The notes: generated from the sequence alone by a model not told the origin. 63,020 bases of DNA, filler included, from Dugesia japonica (GCA_001938525.1; 6 parts of 6 records of this genome joined end to end with filler, not necessarily neighbours in it), one strand, 5' to 3'; positions 1-13,701 are shown, counted from the whole stretch's first letter. Translations and numbers: made by a program.

Positions 1-1139
1 TGAAATCTCATGGTAAAGTGTTCAAGGACAAACATTCAAGATCAAATCTCAAGGTCAAAATTTAAAGGCAAAATGAAATGTAGGTTAAAGTCAAATAAAG
101 TACAGTTTCAAATCTAATAAAATGCAATTCAAAGTGGCTTTCATGGCAATTATTAGTAGATCAGTGTCATTTTTGTTTAATTTTTTATTTTTTGTTTTAA
201 TATTTTAAATCTTTTTTAAATTTTAAAATTCTCAAAATATTTTTTGAAAAACTTTTAAATTGTTAAAAAATATTTAATTTCATGTTGACAACCGTTGTAT
301 ATGAAAAAGTGAACAATATGATGTAGTTAAACTTTCCATTGGATAAGTGAGTAAAAAGTTATTAAAGAATTAAAGTTGAAAACCCACATGCAACCACTAA
401 TTTTAAATTTTTAAATTTTATTGTTATATCATTCGATAAAGAATTAGAGAAATTTTATTCAGACATGACAATAAAATGTTAATAAAGATTTAATTTAAAA
501 ATTTTTATAAAACCACCATTTTTAAACATATTGTTTTGAAACATGCCATTCGATAGAGAATTAAAATACTATTTAAAATATTTCAAGAACACGTGTTATA
601 CTTACGGTGTTATCAAAATTTGATATCAGAGTGATGGGTTTCAATTTTTTTGACTTGAAACCAACAACAATCGAATTAGAATTAAAAGCTATCTATATAT
701 AACCCAAAATACTAATACTGAAAAATCCTTTTTTCGTTACAAAAATGATTTGGTTACAAGAGATAGATAGCGCACTGGCCAACTCAAAATGAGGGATTTT
801 GGAATAGTATTTTATAAGAGATTGTTACCTTTTTTCTAAACAAATTTGGTATTTTTGGATTTGCAAAAGGTTGATGAACAATACTGTTGAGTTAAAATTT
901 CAATCTCACAATAATTAATTAATTAAATTCTTATAGGTCTTAATGAAATTAGTCTATTAATTATTGGACTTGGTAAATATTTATTGGAGTTTTTATTGTT
1001 ATTTTAAAATTTTAATGAATTCAACTTCATAACATTCATAATCAAAAATACTATCTTCAATTTCAATACATTCTTCAGTTACGTATGTGAGGCGTTTATA
1101 TTTGTATTTGTAACAGGACTATCGATATTTCAAATCTCA

Positions 1140-2480
1140 CAATTTAATAGGATTTCTGATTTAATATTTATTCCGAGGCTATCATAAATGTTGGTCCAAT
1201 ATTTTCCAACCACTCTATATTGTGATTCTTATCAATCAATTAAATATCATCTGACAATGTTGACACATTTTTATTTTCTACATATTATTCATCGTTAACA
1301 TTTCTTTTTACAAAATCAGGTTCAACTGTTTATTTATCATAATATTGAGTTTGCAATCAAAATTATAACTCTAAAGTTTGCTGTTATCCTTTCAATAATC
1401 ATTATTTGTATCCTTAAAGAGGACAGATCCACGTTTCACATTTGTTTCCTTTTTCTTCCGACACCTGTTTTATAAATACAAATATTTTAAATATTATCTA
1501 AAATAAAATGAAGTCATGCATGTAGGTAGATTGATTTGAGGTATATTGAATTGGATTGAAAAGTATTTTTTATGGAAAAAAGTATTATTACGTGATATCT
1601 TAGGAATAATGACCGTATGTTTAAACCTATATTCTTCTGTATCCAAACTCTTTAATCGCCGTTATTCAATAAAGCCACTTTGTAAAATTTGATACTGTTG
1701 ATCTAGCAATTTTTTATGTTATCCTAAAGTACTCAACTGAGACTGTTTCATTATGAATTTAACAGTCAAGGTGTGGATGGTGGGTAATTAGAGTGTTTTT
1801 CAATGTTATGCCCTTAGCCTCCATTGATTCCATCTCGCTAAGTAAGCCCTAACATTTTGACCTAAAAAATATCCAGTTCTCATATTTTTTTCTTTACTTT
1901 CATTCTTAAACTTTGTTAGGTCTAAATTTAACTGGTTACTGTAAAGGGAGGGCCTGTACTATAATTGGGTGTGTCTAATAGCAGATCCATAACCATTAAT
2001 TCAATTAGTTTTTTCAAACTTATATTTACAATTTTCAGCAAATAATTATACGTATCACTGCCTACTATATTTATTTGAAAATACTCTTCTTGTCTGTACT
2101 TTTTCAACTCAATGTAAAGTAGTTGATACATTCGTAATTTAATCATGTTCAACACAGTATGTCCCAGATAGCTCGGCAGATCAAAACATACGATTTCTTT
2201 GTTCAAAAAACAACTATTAGATCAACATCAATTGTTGTTGTTTTCCTGAATTCAGATTTTTTGTGGCCGATGTTGGATATCCTAGAATCCTTAAGTATCG
2301 CAAATAAATTTGTTTTCCGTATTGTGTATATTCACTATTGTCGTTGATCGATTTAATACTGTAGGGCTCTGAATGTATGATCGACAGGATAAATAAATCT
2401 CACCAAAATAAATCTCAGCTCTAATATTCTTCTAATTTTTTACACACTGCCATTCACCATCGCCTTACTGAAAGATAAAT
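1140..2480 (-). pseudogene. Possible highly degenerate DDE transposase remnant (MULE-like?), possibly followed by a Ulp1-type protease remnant
   Basis: Minus-strand fragments across frameshifts read LSC-DHTFR (~2392-2366), NLFAILKDS, IVCFDL, AYLARWNQWR (~1848-1815) and NIYDSLG (~1195-1170). The motif order resembles DHTFK...RWN-type transposases. There is no intact ORF. Confidence 0.3.
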
Positions 2481-2934
2481 TTTTCAAACCTACACCATTC
2501 GATAGAAATTATAAAACTACTTATACATCACCTCAGGTACATTTTTCGTAAAGTACTTAAATTTTGCGTAATTTATACTCAGAAGAACAAAGGAACCTGT
2601 TGGTAAGATTTTCGAATTTTAGACTAAGATAGAAAATTAAGAAGTAAGATAGGATTGTCCCAAAAACTTATATCATAAAATGCTTCTTTTCCCATGAAAC
2701 TTCAGATAAATAAATATCATTTTATGAGGCAAATAAAAACATAGTACCGCAACAAATTTTGTATCGTTGAATGCAGAATTACATGTCGGACGTAATGGTG
2801 TATTTATAATTTTAATAGAATATAAGTATAGAAGGATATTAAAAATTTGAAATTTGAAATTAAAAGATTTTTTAGATAAATCTATGCAATTTTTGAAAAT
2901 TTTACCTACTTGTTTGAATTTTTGTAAACTTTTA

Positions 2935-3031
2935 GTAAAAAGACTTGCCATTAATATTAAGGATTTATTTAAGAATATATAATTTGTATTATTTAAACAA
3001 AATTGACTGTTTAAATAATCCTTATTTTCTT
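2935..3031 (-). repeat. 3' LTR of Gypsy element 1
   Basis: Near-identical to 6224-6320, with an adjacent polypurine tract at 3034-3043 (minus strand). Confidence 0.85.
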
Positions 3032-6000
3032 AATTCCCCCTCCATTGAAATTGAAACTCGTTTTAGCCATTCAATTCGTCTTGATTTTGGTTTATCTGGA
3101 AAATTTTGTAAAACTTAAAAGCTTAATAATCGTATACGGACCTTCATATCGGTCTCCACTTTTATGAATATTATGAGGTTCCTTTTTACAAGAACATTCT
3201 CACCAATTGCAAATTGTCTGTAACCTCTTGTATCTGATTCGTACTTTCTCATTTCTTCCGCAACTCGTTTCAGTTCTACTTTTGCTTCATTAATTAATTG
3301 TTCATGATTAGTGACCTCATTTTTCGACAGCCCATGTAACATCACTTTTCTCCCATATGGAATTTCAAATGGAGATTTCTTAATAGCGCTTTGATATGTT
3401 GCATTAATTGAAAATTAATTCTTGGGCATATATTTATTCCAAGTAAATCTATTCTTATCACTTTTCATTGAAGTGACTAACATATCTATGACTGTGCTAA
3501 TTATTTGCTCTGCTAGACCATTGACTTGATGTAGGTAAGGTGATGTAAATTCCTGTGTAATTCCAAATCTTCTTCACAACTCGTTTATTTTGATACCTTC
3601 AAAAACTCTACCCTGAACAGATAAGATTGATTTTGGTTTTCCAAACCGGTAAATCCAATAGTTCTTTATAGCATCTGATATAGCTGTTTCATCTTGTTTA
3701 CTAAGAGGTATCAGTTGAACTAGTTTTCTAAATCTATCGATAATAACAAGTAAGTACTTTTGATTAATGTATACTCAGACAAATAAGCTACATATATTAA
3801 AATTTGTTTTAGTGGTCCGATAATAATTCTTTTGTTCGACTAGTGTAGATCTTTTAGTAAATATTTCACATTTGTGAAATTCGTGTTCAATTTTTCTACT
3901 CATATAAGGACAGAAGTATATTTCTCGAATATATTCCACTAACTTCTTGCTTCCGAAATGACATAGTTCTTCGTGCACGTATTTAACTAATTTTGGTGAG
4001 TAATTTTCTGGTATAATTTCTTCTCTTGATCATCTTTAATTACAATATTCCTAAATAATTTGAATTTATCTATACTTTTAAAATATTTGCTTTTCTTCAA
4101 GTCAGTAGTTACATCATTAAATAAGCCTTGTAACCAACGTAATATTAATCTTAGTAATCCACATAGTTTTTACAGCTCTTCCATACATTGGTCATAAAAT
4201 ACATTTTTATTTAAACTGTTTAAAAATATAACTTTAGATTTATTCCCATTACCATCATTGTACACAGCGTTTCATTTATTCTGGAAATCCCCTCAGCATT
4301 ACTGTGATCCGTTACTTTCCAATATTATAAATCAAAATTGAACCTAGAAAGATTAGCAAACCTAGTCTGAAACTGTGGACTAATTTGTTTATTTATTTTT
4401 TCATTTATGTCTAAGCTGTTTGTCAAAGCTTTATGGTTAGTTCTTATTTTAAACTTTTACTCAATTAAATAATGATTAAATTGCATAACAAATTCGTGAA
4501 TAGCTAAAAGTTCTTTTCTGGTTACACAATTACCTTTTTCGTGAGAATTTAAAACGCAAAACCTATAACTTTTACATTATCTTTATAATCGTTTTGGCTT
4601 AGAACAACTCCAATAGCTCCAAAACTTGCATAAGTGTCTAGAACCATTTTCTTATGAATCAGAAAAGACTAATATCGATTTTGTGGTTAATTCATACTTC
4701 AGCTTTTGGAAACTACTTTCAGCTTCTTAGAACCATTCAATCAACTTTTCATTTCCTGATATCATTGCATACAGCGTTGCAATGATAAATCGACGATAAT
4801 AATTAGTCTCAAAAGTTATCTTAATTGCGTAACACAATCTGGAGTGGGCACTTCTATAATTATTTTAATTTTATCATAGTCTTTTTGAATTCTTTTTTGA
4901 CTAGTTGTGTGCTTCAAAAAATTCAATTTATCAATTCCAAATACACACTTCAGCAACATAATTTAATGCCGTCTTAACACGATTACAATCTGCCTAATTT
5001 TTATTTACTTCAGATGAATCAATCAATTTTATTTGTGCCATGAATACTCCATATAATTTTATCATATCGATTCCACCCATAAAACCAGGAGAAATACTTT
5101 TAACTACCAAAATTTCTTTCATCAAACGTTTTTTTCTATACAATTTGTATAAATATCTTAACAAAACATGATTTATGTTTTGAAGAAAAAACATCTGACA
5201 ATCTAACTTCTGACTTTATCATATTAGGTGCATCAATTTGGATACAATTTTCTTCACTCATTACTGTTATTAATGCTCCAGAATCCCAACACATTTCNNN
5301 NNNNNNNNNNNNNNNNNNNNNNNNNNNNNNNNNNNNNNNNNNNNNNNNTCTCATTTTCTTCTTTTCTTACATCAAGTGGAGGTGCTTTACTCTTGCACTG
5401 ATTGTATAATTCCATTGCAATCATCTTAATTGATCATTGAGGTCTAACAGCTTGATATGAAAAATTCCCATTATTGCTCGATTGTGAAAACTTTTTATCT
5501 CGATCTTTATTTGCAGTTGATTTTTCAGATTGATTTCTATTTCCTGAAGATTTAAAATTTACTGAATTCCTATGGTGCTCAAAATGTGTCTTCCCTTCTG
5601 AAAGTTTATTATAATATCGAGGTTTACTGATCACATGCAAATATGTTGGTTTCATGATATGGACTTTCCGATGTGGAATGAATTTTTCTAAATTATCTTC
5701 TTCTTTTATCAGACATTGATGGGTCAAGGGCAAAGGATTCACGTAATTTCTCACTCTTTAATCCTTGCAGAATAAATTCTCTTTCAATTTCTTCTATTTT
5801 TAATTTCTTTTGAAATACGTCTTTAACCATTTTTTTAACTCGAATCTCGAAATTTTTATACTTCGCGTCTGTTTTCTGTTTTATTATAGATAATTCCTTT
5901 ACTTTATCATAAATCAATTTTGTAATTGTAAAGGTTTTCGTAAACCATTTTTCGACCTCTTCATTGATAACAGAGTCATTTGAACAGCTAAATTCTTCCC

Positions 6001-6223
6001 ATAACTGTTTTACATCACCTCTTAAGAGTGATTTGCGAAAGCAAATTTTATTTGATTGAATGTCGCAAAACTTTTTGTTGTGTGAATCCAATCTTCGGCA
6101 TCTTGACTGAGGCCATCAAAGAAAATTGGTTTGGAAATTAACATTTCTTGCGTTTTTTGAGGTAAATTAGAAATAAAATCTTTTGCCTTTCTTCTCGTTT
6201 TGCTCTAGTTAACACAGTTGCCA

Positions 6224-6320
6224 GTAAAAAGACTTGCCAGTAATATTAAAGATTTATTTAAGAATATATAATTTGTATTATTTAAACAAAATTGACTGTT
6301 TAAATAATTACTTTTTTCTA
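6224..6320 (-). repeat. 5' LTR of Gypsy element 1
   Basis: Direct repeat of 2935-3031, followed on the minus strand by TGGCAACTGTG (PBS-like, 6223-6213). Confidence 0.85.
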
Positions 6321-6899
6321 GCTGACATCAATAAAATTTTTAAAACTTTTCATAGATTTCTATGTAATTTTTGAAACTAAATTGAAAACCAATAATTTTT
6401 GATTAAAATAATTTATTTTATATACAACAAATATGAGTAATGTTGCTTTTGAAATTGTTATTTTGTGCATGACTCATAAAATATTTGCACCTCTATTGTA
6501 TTTTCTTTGTTTAAGTTATATTTGTGTTGCACATGTATGACTTGTGGTCCTTGAATACTTGTAAATGTATTGAATTTTTGTTGTTTAACTTGTATTTTTA
6601 TTGCATTTTCTTTGTTGAATTTGTAGCTTTTAGTCCTAAAAACAATTAATATACGTTCACAATCACTATTATAGCCCTACAGAGGACTGGTAGTTTTTCA
6701 TTATTTGTGGTTCTAAAGAGGACCGGTGGATATTTACATATAAACAAATAAACTAATTACATTGCATTACATAACAAAAATTATTGTCTTAATTGGGCTC
6801 ATGAAAGCGACTGTCATAATATAATGGAAAAATATTATGAATAATGTTTGCATGATAAAAGTATTATATCTGTCCCACTTGCAGGTCTATAGGAACAGG

Positions 6900-7640
6900 A
6901 ACATACTTAAACTTTTATAGATTTAATGAAGACCACATTAGGTGGTTTATTGTAAATAAGACACAGTTATTAAATTCGTTATTAGAAAGCGATATAGATG
7001 AAAAGGTTATTAAGGACCCAGATAAATCTAATAATATCGATAAAATTTGTTATGTTTTAAATATTCCTTATTCTGAGGGCTTTAAGGATTTTAAAAATGG
7101 TTTACTAAAATTTTCAGTAAATCTCGCAAATTTTAAAATTGTGTCTCGGTCTTTTAAAATTACAAGTGCGTTCTGTAATAAGTTTAAGAATCCTTATGAA
7201 TCGGTTTCTAATTTTATTTATAAATATGATTGTAATGGGTATAATGCCAAATACATTGGAGAGACTTCTCGTCATCTCTGTAAAAGAATTCAGGAATATA
7301 GTCGGTTACGTAGTCGCAGTAATATTGTAGAACATAATATTCATTGTAAATCAGTTATAAAAATTAATAATTTCAAAATTTTGTGCGGAAACTTTAAAGA
7401 TTATTGGACGAGAGTCATGTGTGAAGCATTAATGATTAGATCTTACAATCCAAAAATTAATGTTCAAACGGATCTTTCTAAATCTTTATTGAATATCTTT
7501 ATTTAATTTGAATTTTATTGGGGCTGTTACATAATCGATTGCATAATGGAGAATTTTAATATTCATAGTTTAAAACAGTTTGTCTGAAGATGAAAAATAT
7601 ACTATCGAAACTTGTAGCTATTAATAAATATTGGTTTAAA
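6900..7640 (+). mobile_element. Penelope-like element 3' fragment with GIY-YIG endonuclease
   Basis: ORF 7141-7506 contains FIYKYDC...YIGETSRHL..RI.EY and CEALMIR..NPKIN, with an upstream LKIPY motif. A CTGAAGA...CGAAAC motif and AATAAA follow downstream. Confidence 0.85.
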
Positions 7641-8515
7641 TGGCGTGTTTCAGTATATAACAATAAATATAATGCATTAGAATAAACTGAAAAATATGAT
7701 AGATAGTGACCATTTAACCCTGATGATAAATCGGATCTGGAGGACAAAGTGGAAATTGATGAATTAATAAGAAATTAAATAGTTTAATGAACAAATTACC
7801 GCTTAAACTAAACTAAAATAATTGAATCAGGCATTTATTTTTCTAGTTCACATTCTTATTGATATTATTAAGTGATATTTTCATGAAAATTATTTAAGAA
7901 ATTTCAAAATATTTTATTGATATTGTAATATATAAAAACAGAATATTGTACTTATTATATCAATTACAAATGAAAGCAGATACATACAAACATTTGAATA
8001 GAGTATTTTTGTACTCCATCCACTTTCGATGTTTCGCTATTCGTAGATTAATATAAAGAAAATATTCTTTTGTTATCAATATACATTGATTAAAATGAAG
8101 ATTATAAAAATCTAACATTAAATAATGTTAAATTTAAATTAAATAGAATTTTAATTTCTCGGTTATTCATTAAAATTTTAATTTCAAAATCTTTAGGAGT
8201 ACGAAATTAAATACGATGGGAAATACATCAATCAATTTAAATAACATGATACGTATTTAGGGTTAACAAATAATTAAAATTTTCCATTGGAAATTTTCGG
8301 TCAAAGTAATTTTAAGTGATTACAATTGGTCAAATACATGCTAGCAATTGTTTATTCATAAAAATGAATAAACACATTTCTTTCGATTTGTGTATACATA
8401 CGAGTGGGAGTTTTAGTTGTTAGATTTCCAGATATTATCTTTCAATCTATTAAAATAAAATTAGCTGGATCACCGAAGTTAAAATTAAAATTAGAAGAAA
8501 AAATCAATTACATTT

Positions 8516-8615
8516 NNNNNNNNNNNNNNNNNNNNNNNNNNNNNNNNNNNNNNNNNNNNTTAATTAATTAANNNNNNNNNNNNNNNNNNNNNNNNNNNNN
8601 NNNNNNNNNNNNNNN
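8516..8615. other. Artificial contig-join spacer N44-TTAATTAATTAA-N44 (also 25633-25732, 34294-34393, 43804-43903, 54336-54435)
   Basis: An identical 100-bp structure with stop codons in all six frames occurs five times. Confidence 0.95.
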
Positions 8616-8671
<56 letters not shown>

Positions 8672-8860
8672 CAATAATAATAATAATATAAATAAAAGTA
8701 ATAATAATATAATCATCAATAATAAATAATTGAACTAATTGGAATACACTAATTATAATGATAAGAAATGAAAACCGTAGTGACAATATGTTAAAATGCT
8801 GAAAATAACAATAATCATATGGATAATAATAATGGTAATAATAATAAGACTAAAATGTTC
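8616..8860. repeat. (AAT)n microsatellite and degenerate flank
   Basis: Visible AAT tandem run. Similar runs occur at 14603-14632 and 43350-43425. Confidence 0.9.
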
Positions 8861-8979
8861 GTAAACAGAAGGCTAATAGTAGTGGATACCGTAAGACTAA
8901 TGTTAATGATATTGTCGAAACCTAATGATCAAACTTAATACCGTTAATACTGAAAATATATTAATTATAATAACATAAC

Positions 8980-10011
8980 AGGTTATGAATTTCGTCTTAT
9001 GTGTATGAGTTAAATATGAAAATAATAATAAAAGAAAAATTATAAGATTAAGCCTTTTAAATAATTAAGATTTAATCATAAGAAAAATTAAATAGTACAT
9101 ACTGTGCTGGAGATGACTATGAGACAGAGTAACTGATTGAATATTAAATGGATGGACGGGATAAACTTGATGGATCTGTTCCTAGAATGGATTGAGACTG
9201 GATTGGAAAATAATTCGGTTAAACGAGATGTTTGATTCTTCTTTGGATATTGACTTCAAATACGAATGATAATTGTCTTTTCTGCTTCGAGTAATCAAGT
9301 GAAGTGAAGTAGTCTTCTCACACTGTTTTATATGATTTTCTTGGTAGGAGTAATTGAATCCTCTGCTTGTCAGAATTTTAATTGTTGTTGGGAAGACTGT
9401 CAGATGATTCGTTTGGAAGATAATTGCTGTTGACAGGTTAATTACTTGAGGATTGTGTTTTCGACTGACAACAATCTATTAGATCGAATTGTTGTGAGGA
9501 GACGTCAATTTTTGGATTGACAAGATAATTGTTACGTCACAAAATATGAGACTGTTGAAATTGTTGCGTCGATTTGATCAAATTCGAACACAGTAATTAG
9601 ATGAGCTTTGAAATTTTTCTTGGAAATCTTTTATTTACGAATCGTTTTTCTAGTTGTTAATTAACTAGTTTTAGGATTTTTGCGGGTCTTTTTATACCCT
9701 TTTCCAAGCATCGTCCTATCCGGATTGGTGGATTATTGCGATTAACTAAATTATTTTTTTATATTTGTTTTATATTTTTCCAGAATCTATTTATTTTCCC
9801 GATTATTGTTTCCTTATTTTCTTTAATACGATTCATAATTTAGCTTTTCTTATTTATTTTCAACAATGTAGGAGTTTTCGTTGGGAATTAATAGTAATNT
9901 TCAATAATAATAACTTTATTTGTTGAAATATAATTTATATTTTCTGGAATTAATTATCCATTTTATTTTATCATTTATTGTTGCAAGCTATAGTTGGGTT
10001 CTGTCCCAACA
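8980..10011 (-). mobile_element. LTR-like sequence beginning TGTTGGG (minus strand), partial or solo LTR
   Basis: Terminus ...GTCCCAACA at 10011 with a terminal hairpin, TATA-like GGGTATAAAAA on the minus strand near 9690, and non-coding GC-richer composition. The left end is not defined. Confidence 0.4.
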
Positions 10012-10269
10012 TAACTATAAGTTAAGTAATTTATTCAACTAGGGTTAAATTGACGAAATGAACAAAATCTAAGCGACATCATTATTTCATTAAAATAAAG
10101 CTTTAATCAAATTTCTTTTTTTTTGGTAATAACTCTAATTTTTGACTTTGTCTTCGTCACGAATTAACTTTTTTGATTTATTCAATATTTATTTGTAAAA
10201 ATTTTCTTTGAATTAATTTATTTGTGAACAAAATTTATTTTACTGAATTCTAATTAGTTAATTAAAGAC

Positions 10270-11640
10270 CCAATAAAATTTTTACTTCTAACAGTCAAAT
10301 GTTCCATTCTCGATGTCATCTGTTCCGAAAGAACACAAAACAACAATGAAAGGAAGACTTATTGTCAACGTTTCTTATACTCCTTCAACTGCATTATATA
10401 AACTTATTGCCGATATATTAAAATTACTATTAAATTTCATTCTGGGACATTTAAAGAATAGATATGAGTTTCTCGGACGAATTAAAATTATGAATGGAAG
10501 AATGACGATGAATTTGGTTCATTAGATGTAACAAATCCAAATGGATTAATTCCAATTGAAGGACCTTAAAATTTAATCGATGTAGTAAGTGATTTCTTTG
10601 AAAAATACAAAGAACATACAGATATTCCAAATCTGTATCTGAATCTCCAAAACTGATTTCAAATATTTATCAATTTGTATCTATTCTTTGACAGTATTTT
10701 TTATCGGTGAACAACCTTTTAAAGATAAACGTGGTTCAGTAATGGGTTGCAATTTGTCTTTAATTCTATGGATAATTTTTTATGAACTTCATTGAAAATC
10801 AAATAATTCTCATAGGTAAAAAGAAAATACATCTATGGTACAGAAATATAAAGGATATTTTTTTTGTTACAGATTCTTCTTTAGAGAATATTTTGGAACT
10901 AGTCAATAGTAATAATGATAACATCAAATTTACTTTAGAGAAGTCAATCGACTTTCAGATTCCTTTTCTGGACACCTTAATACAGAAGAAACTTGGTGAA
11001 TTATTCACTACCAAGTTATATATGAAACCATTTCACAGTGGACACATATTACCTTGGAGTAGTAATACGACCATCAGCCAGAAAATTGGTATAATCAAAG
11101 GTGAAAGAATTTGAGCTGAGAGTTTTTCTTCAAATGAAGAAATGAAATTTATTTCTCTCAAGTTGGTAAAAAATAAATACTTAAATAACGGCTAACCAAA
11201 TAAAATTATATCAAAATATTTATCTTTGAATACAAAATATAATAATAAAATCAAACCAAAAACAAGCACAGTTGTTAAAATACATTTTATTAATGAGAAA
11301 TTTAGCTAAATATAATAAATCAAAATTCTAAACTCAAGCACAATCCAAGAATTATAATTAAAACTTAAGCACGTTTGGGAATAAAATTACATAAACTAAC
11401 ACAGAATATTAGTGGTCTCAAATGCATTTGTGATGACAGAAATATATGCAATAAGAAAAATATTAGTTATAAAATAACATGCACTATTTGTCAAGAAACA
11501 TATATAGGTGAAACATGCAGAATCATCCGAACAAGAATTAAGGAACATTTGAAATAAAAAGAAAGTGAAGTCTTCAAACACTTTAGACACAAACATAAAA
11601 TTTCACCAAAACTACATTACATAACATATAAAATACTAGA
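10270..11640 (+). pseudogene. Penelope-like element RT plus GIY-YIG, degenerate
   Basis: Motifs LDVT, GSVMG..LS, WYRNIKDIF (YVDD-equivalent), IPFLDTLI, KPFHSGHILPWSS and YKITCTICQETYIGETCR, with multiple stops and frameshifts. Confidence 0.88.
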
Positions 11641-11649
11641 AAACCCTTT

Positions 11650-12350
11650 CACCTTTAATTATATTGATTTCCCGGCTGGTGGTAGTATTAATACTCCAAG
11701 ATAATATATGTCCACTGTGAAATGGTTTCATATATGAGTGATGGTTACATAATTATTCAGAAGTTCAGAGAAAAAGTCATTGCATGTCTGTTAAGGCAAA
11801 GCTACTAATTTATTTGTTTTCTTTGTTGGAGTGATGATAATTGATTTCAAATTCTTTATTTCTTTAATAATTTTGTTTTACATTACTTTTAGATTTGATT
11901 TGTTATATTTGTTTTTAAAAGTTTATTTCCGAGTTCCTTTACATTGTTATCAATTTCTGTAATGGGATAATTATACTTTGGTATCATACGTCTGAAGGAT
12001 TGTTTATAACTGTACTGATATTTCATATGTTGTGTTTCCTAATTTGTGCAATTGGCATTTGAGACTGTAAATGGAAGCTTCAATCATTACAATATTGGAC
12101 AAGTCAGAGTCTCCTGAATTTGCAGGAATATAGCTTGGTCCTTTGTTTAATAGTTCTATTTGTCTGTTAGTAAATGTATATTCTGTTAGATTTTGGAAAG
12201 GAAGAACAGTTGTATTGTTTACAACATCTGAGTTTGAATTTATTTTCATTTTGATTTTATCTTCTGTTTTATTTTTTATTTATTATTTCTACTTCCTAAT
12301 ACAAATATTTTTATTTGAATTATTTGTATATTATCTATATATATTTTTAT
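11650..12350 (-). mobile_element. Inverted, internally deleted fragment of a similar Penelope family
   Basis: PLE pre-RT motif NLTEYTFT..QIELLNKGPSYIP (12004-12249). ATGAAACCATTTCACAGTGGACA is shared in reverse with ~11022-11044. Confidence 0.75.
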
Positions 12351-12949
12351 ACTCATAGTTATTCATATTATAATTACATAAATGTGTTCATATAAAAATG
12401 ATTACACACATGTTTTTAAATAAATAATTAAATTGATACAATTAAACAAACATCAATTTCATTAATATAATTATAGAATTAAATTTCACAACTGGAAATA
12501 ATAAGACATTAGCAATTCATGGTTATATTTGTAATGAATAACAAATTTTATACATATAATACAATTTCAGTTATAACGCCGTTCTTAAAACCATAATGGT
12601 GATTTATCAACTATAATGGTTAGTTACTATCCGCAATAAGTAATACTTTTCACAAGTTACAATATGTTGATAGTAAAACTAACTGATTAAATACATAATT
12701 AGTACGATTTGTTAGTACACAAGAGGTAAATATCTATCCGTAAGAGCTGGAAAATGTAATGAGTATTTAGATAATGAGACAAAGGACACCTTCCTAAAGT
12801 TTTTTTATCATTATATAAGATGTTGAGTGCATGAAATATGGTCATATACGTACAAATTATGCTCATAGACGATTAAAATTTATATAAAACGTATATATAA
12901 ACGAGTATACATAAAAAAAATTTTAAAAAAAGGAATTCATCCAAAAAAT

Positions 12950-13620
12950 ATCTTTTCTATGTGATATTTTATGTAATGTGTCATCAACATCAACTGATTC
13001 TAAGAACTATTACAAACATTGTCAAATTCGTATTGATTCTTACCCTGAGGATTTCAAAATTTTTTCAGATGAGGTTCAGCAGTCTCATTTATATGTGCGA
13101 CAAAGGTTTAGTGTAGAAGAAAGTATAAAAACTAAATTTAGCCATGCTGAACTGTATTAAATCATAACAGAGGAAAATATCGCATGCATATTTCAAATGT
13201 AGATATTGCCTTTCGGATATGACTTAGATATAACGTTAATATAGATATAACGTTAATAATTACAAATTTTTCATCTAAGAGGTCATTTTCACGACTTAAC
13301 TATAATGAAAATACTGAGAGCACTAATAAAGCAAGATAGGCTGGATGGGTTATCATTGTTATATATAGAAACAAATGTGTTAAGGAAACTTTGTTATGAA
13401 GATCTGCTTAAAGACTAAAGGAATAAATATAGTAAAATATTATTAAATCACTATGAATAAATATTATGTTTCTATATACTACAAGCACGCAGAGGATTTC
13501 TTTTTGAATTATCAACGAAATACATTTAATTTTATGTTTGTTCATTTTTCATTAGAATTGTAACGGGGGCACAAAATTTTGTAAGTGCTTAGGGCCTCTC
13601 AAGGTCCTAATTCATCCCTG
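12950..13620 (+). mobile_element. hAT transposon 3' end (dimerization domain remnant plus terminus ...ATCCCTG)
   Basis: RSFSRL...STIKQDRLDGLSLLYIE-like remnant at ~13270-13370; right end reads CAGGGATGAATTAGG on the minus strand. Confidence 0.65.
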
Positions 13621-13701
13621 TTTACGTTGCACATATATATATGACATGAAAACAGAAAATAGCATCATCAGCATAGTGCTTCTCATCGAGGCACACGGTG
13701 A

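Larger units (their letters stand above)
2935..6320 (-). mobile_element. Ty3/Gypsy LTR retrotransposon, internally deleted (RT core missing), degenerate
   Basis: Two ~97-bp direct repeats bound the element. A PBS-like TGGCAACTGTG follows the 5' LTR and a PPT GGAGGGGGAA precedes the 3' LTR. Coding remnants: gag (6150-5430), protease CWDSGA (~5290), RNase H GAIGVVLSQ / VTRKELLAI (4640-4480), integrase HEELCH..C, IIDRF, SPYLHQVNGLAEQ (3980-3120). The order PR-RT-RH-IN indicates Gypsy. Confidence 0.9.

Noticed and set aside
1-800. TCAAGGTCA-like repeats and CCATTCGATAGA motifs as a defined element
   Set aside because: This is probably repetitive DNA, but neither the ends nor a TSD could be established within the window.
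1590-2480. Helitron/PIF1 helicase (NLSFSKAMVNGSV, LPTIHTL, VIIPKI)
   Set aside because: The motifs occur in the wrong order, and no Walker A or KSQG motif was found.
7719-7760. CTGATGA...GAAA second hammerhead candidate
   Set aside because: No convincing stems I-III can be drawn.
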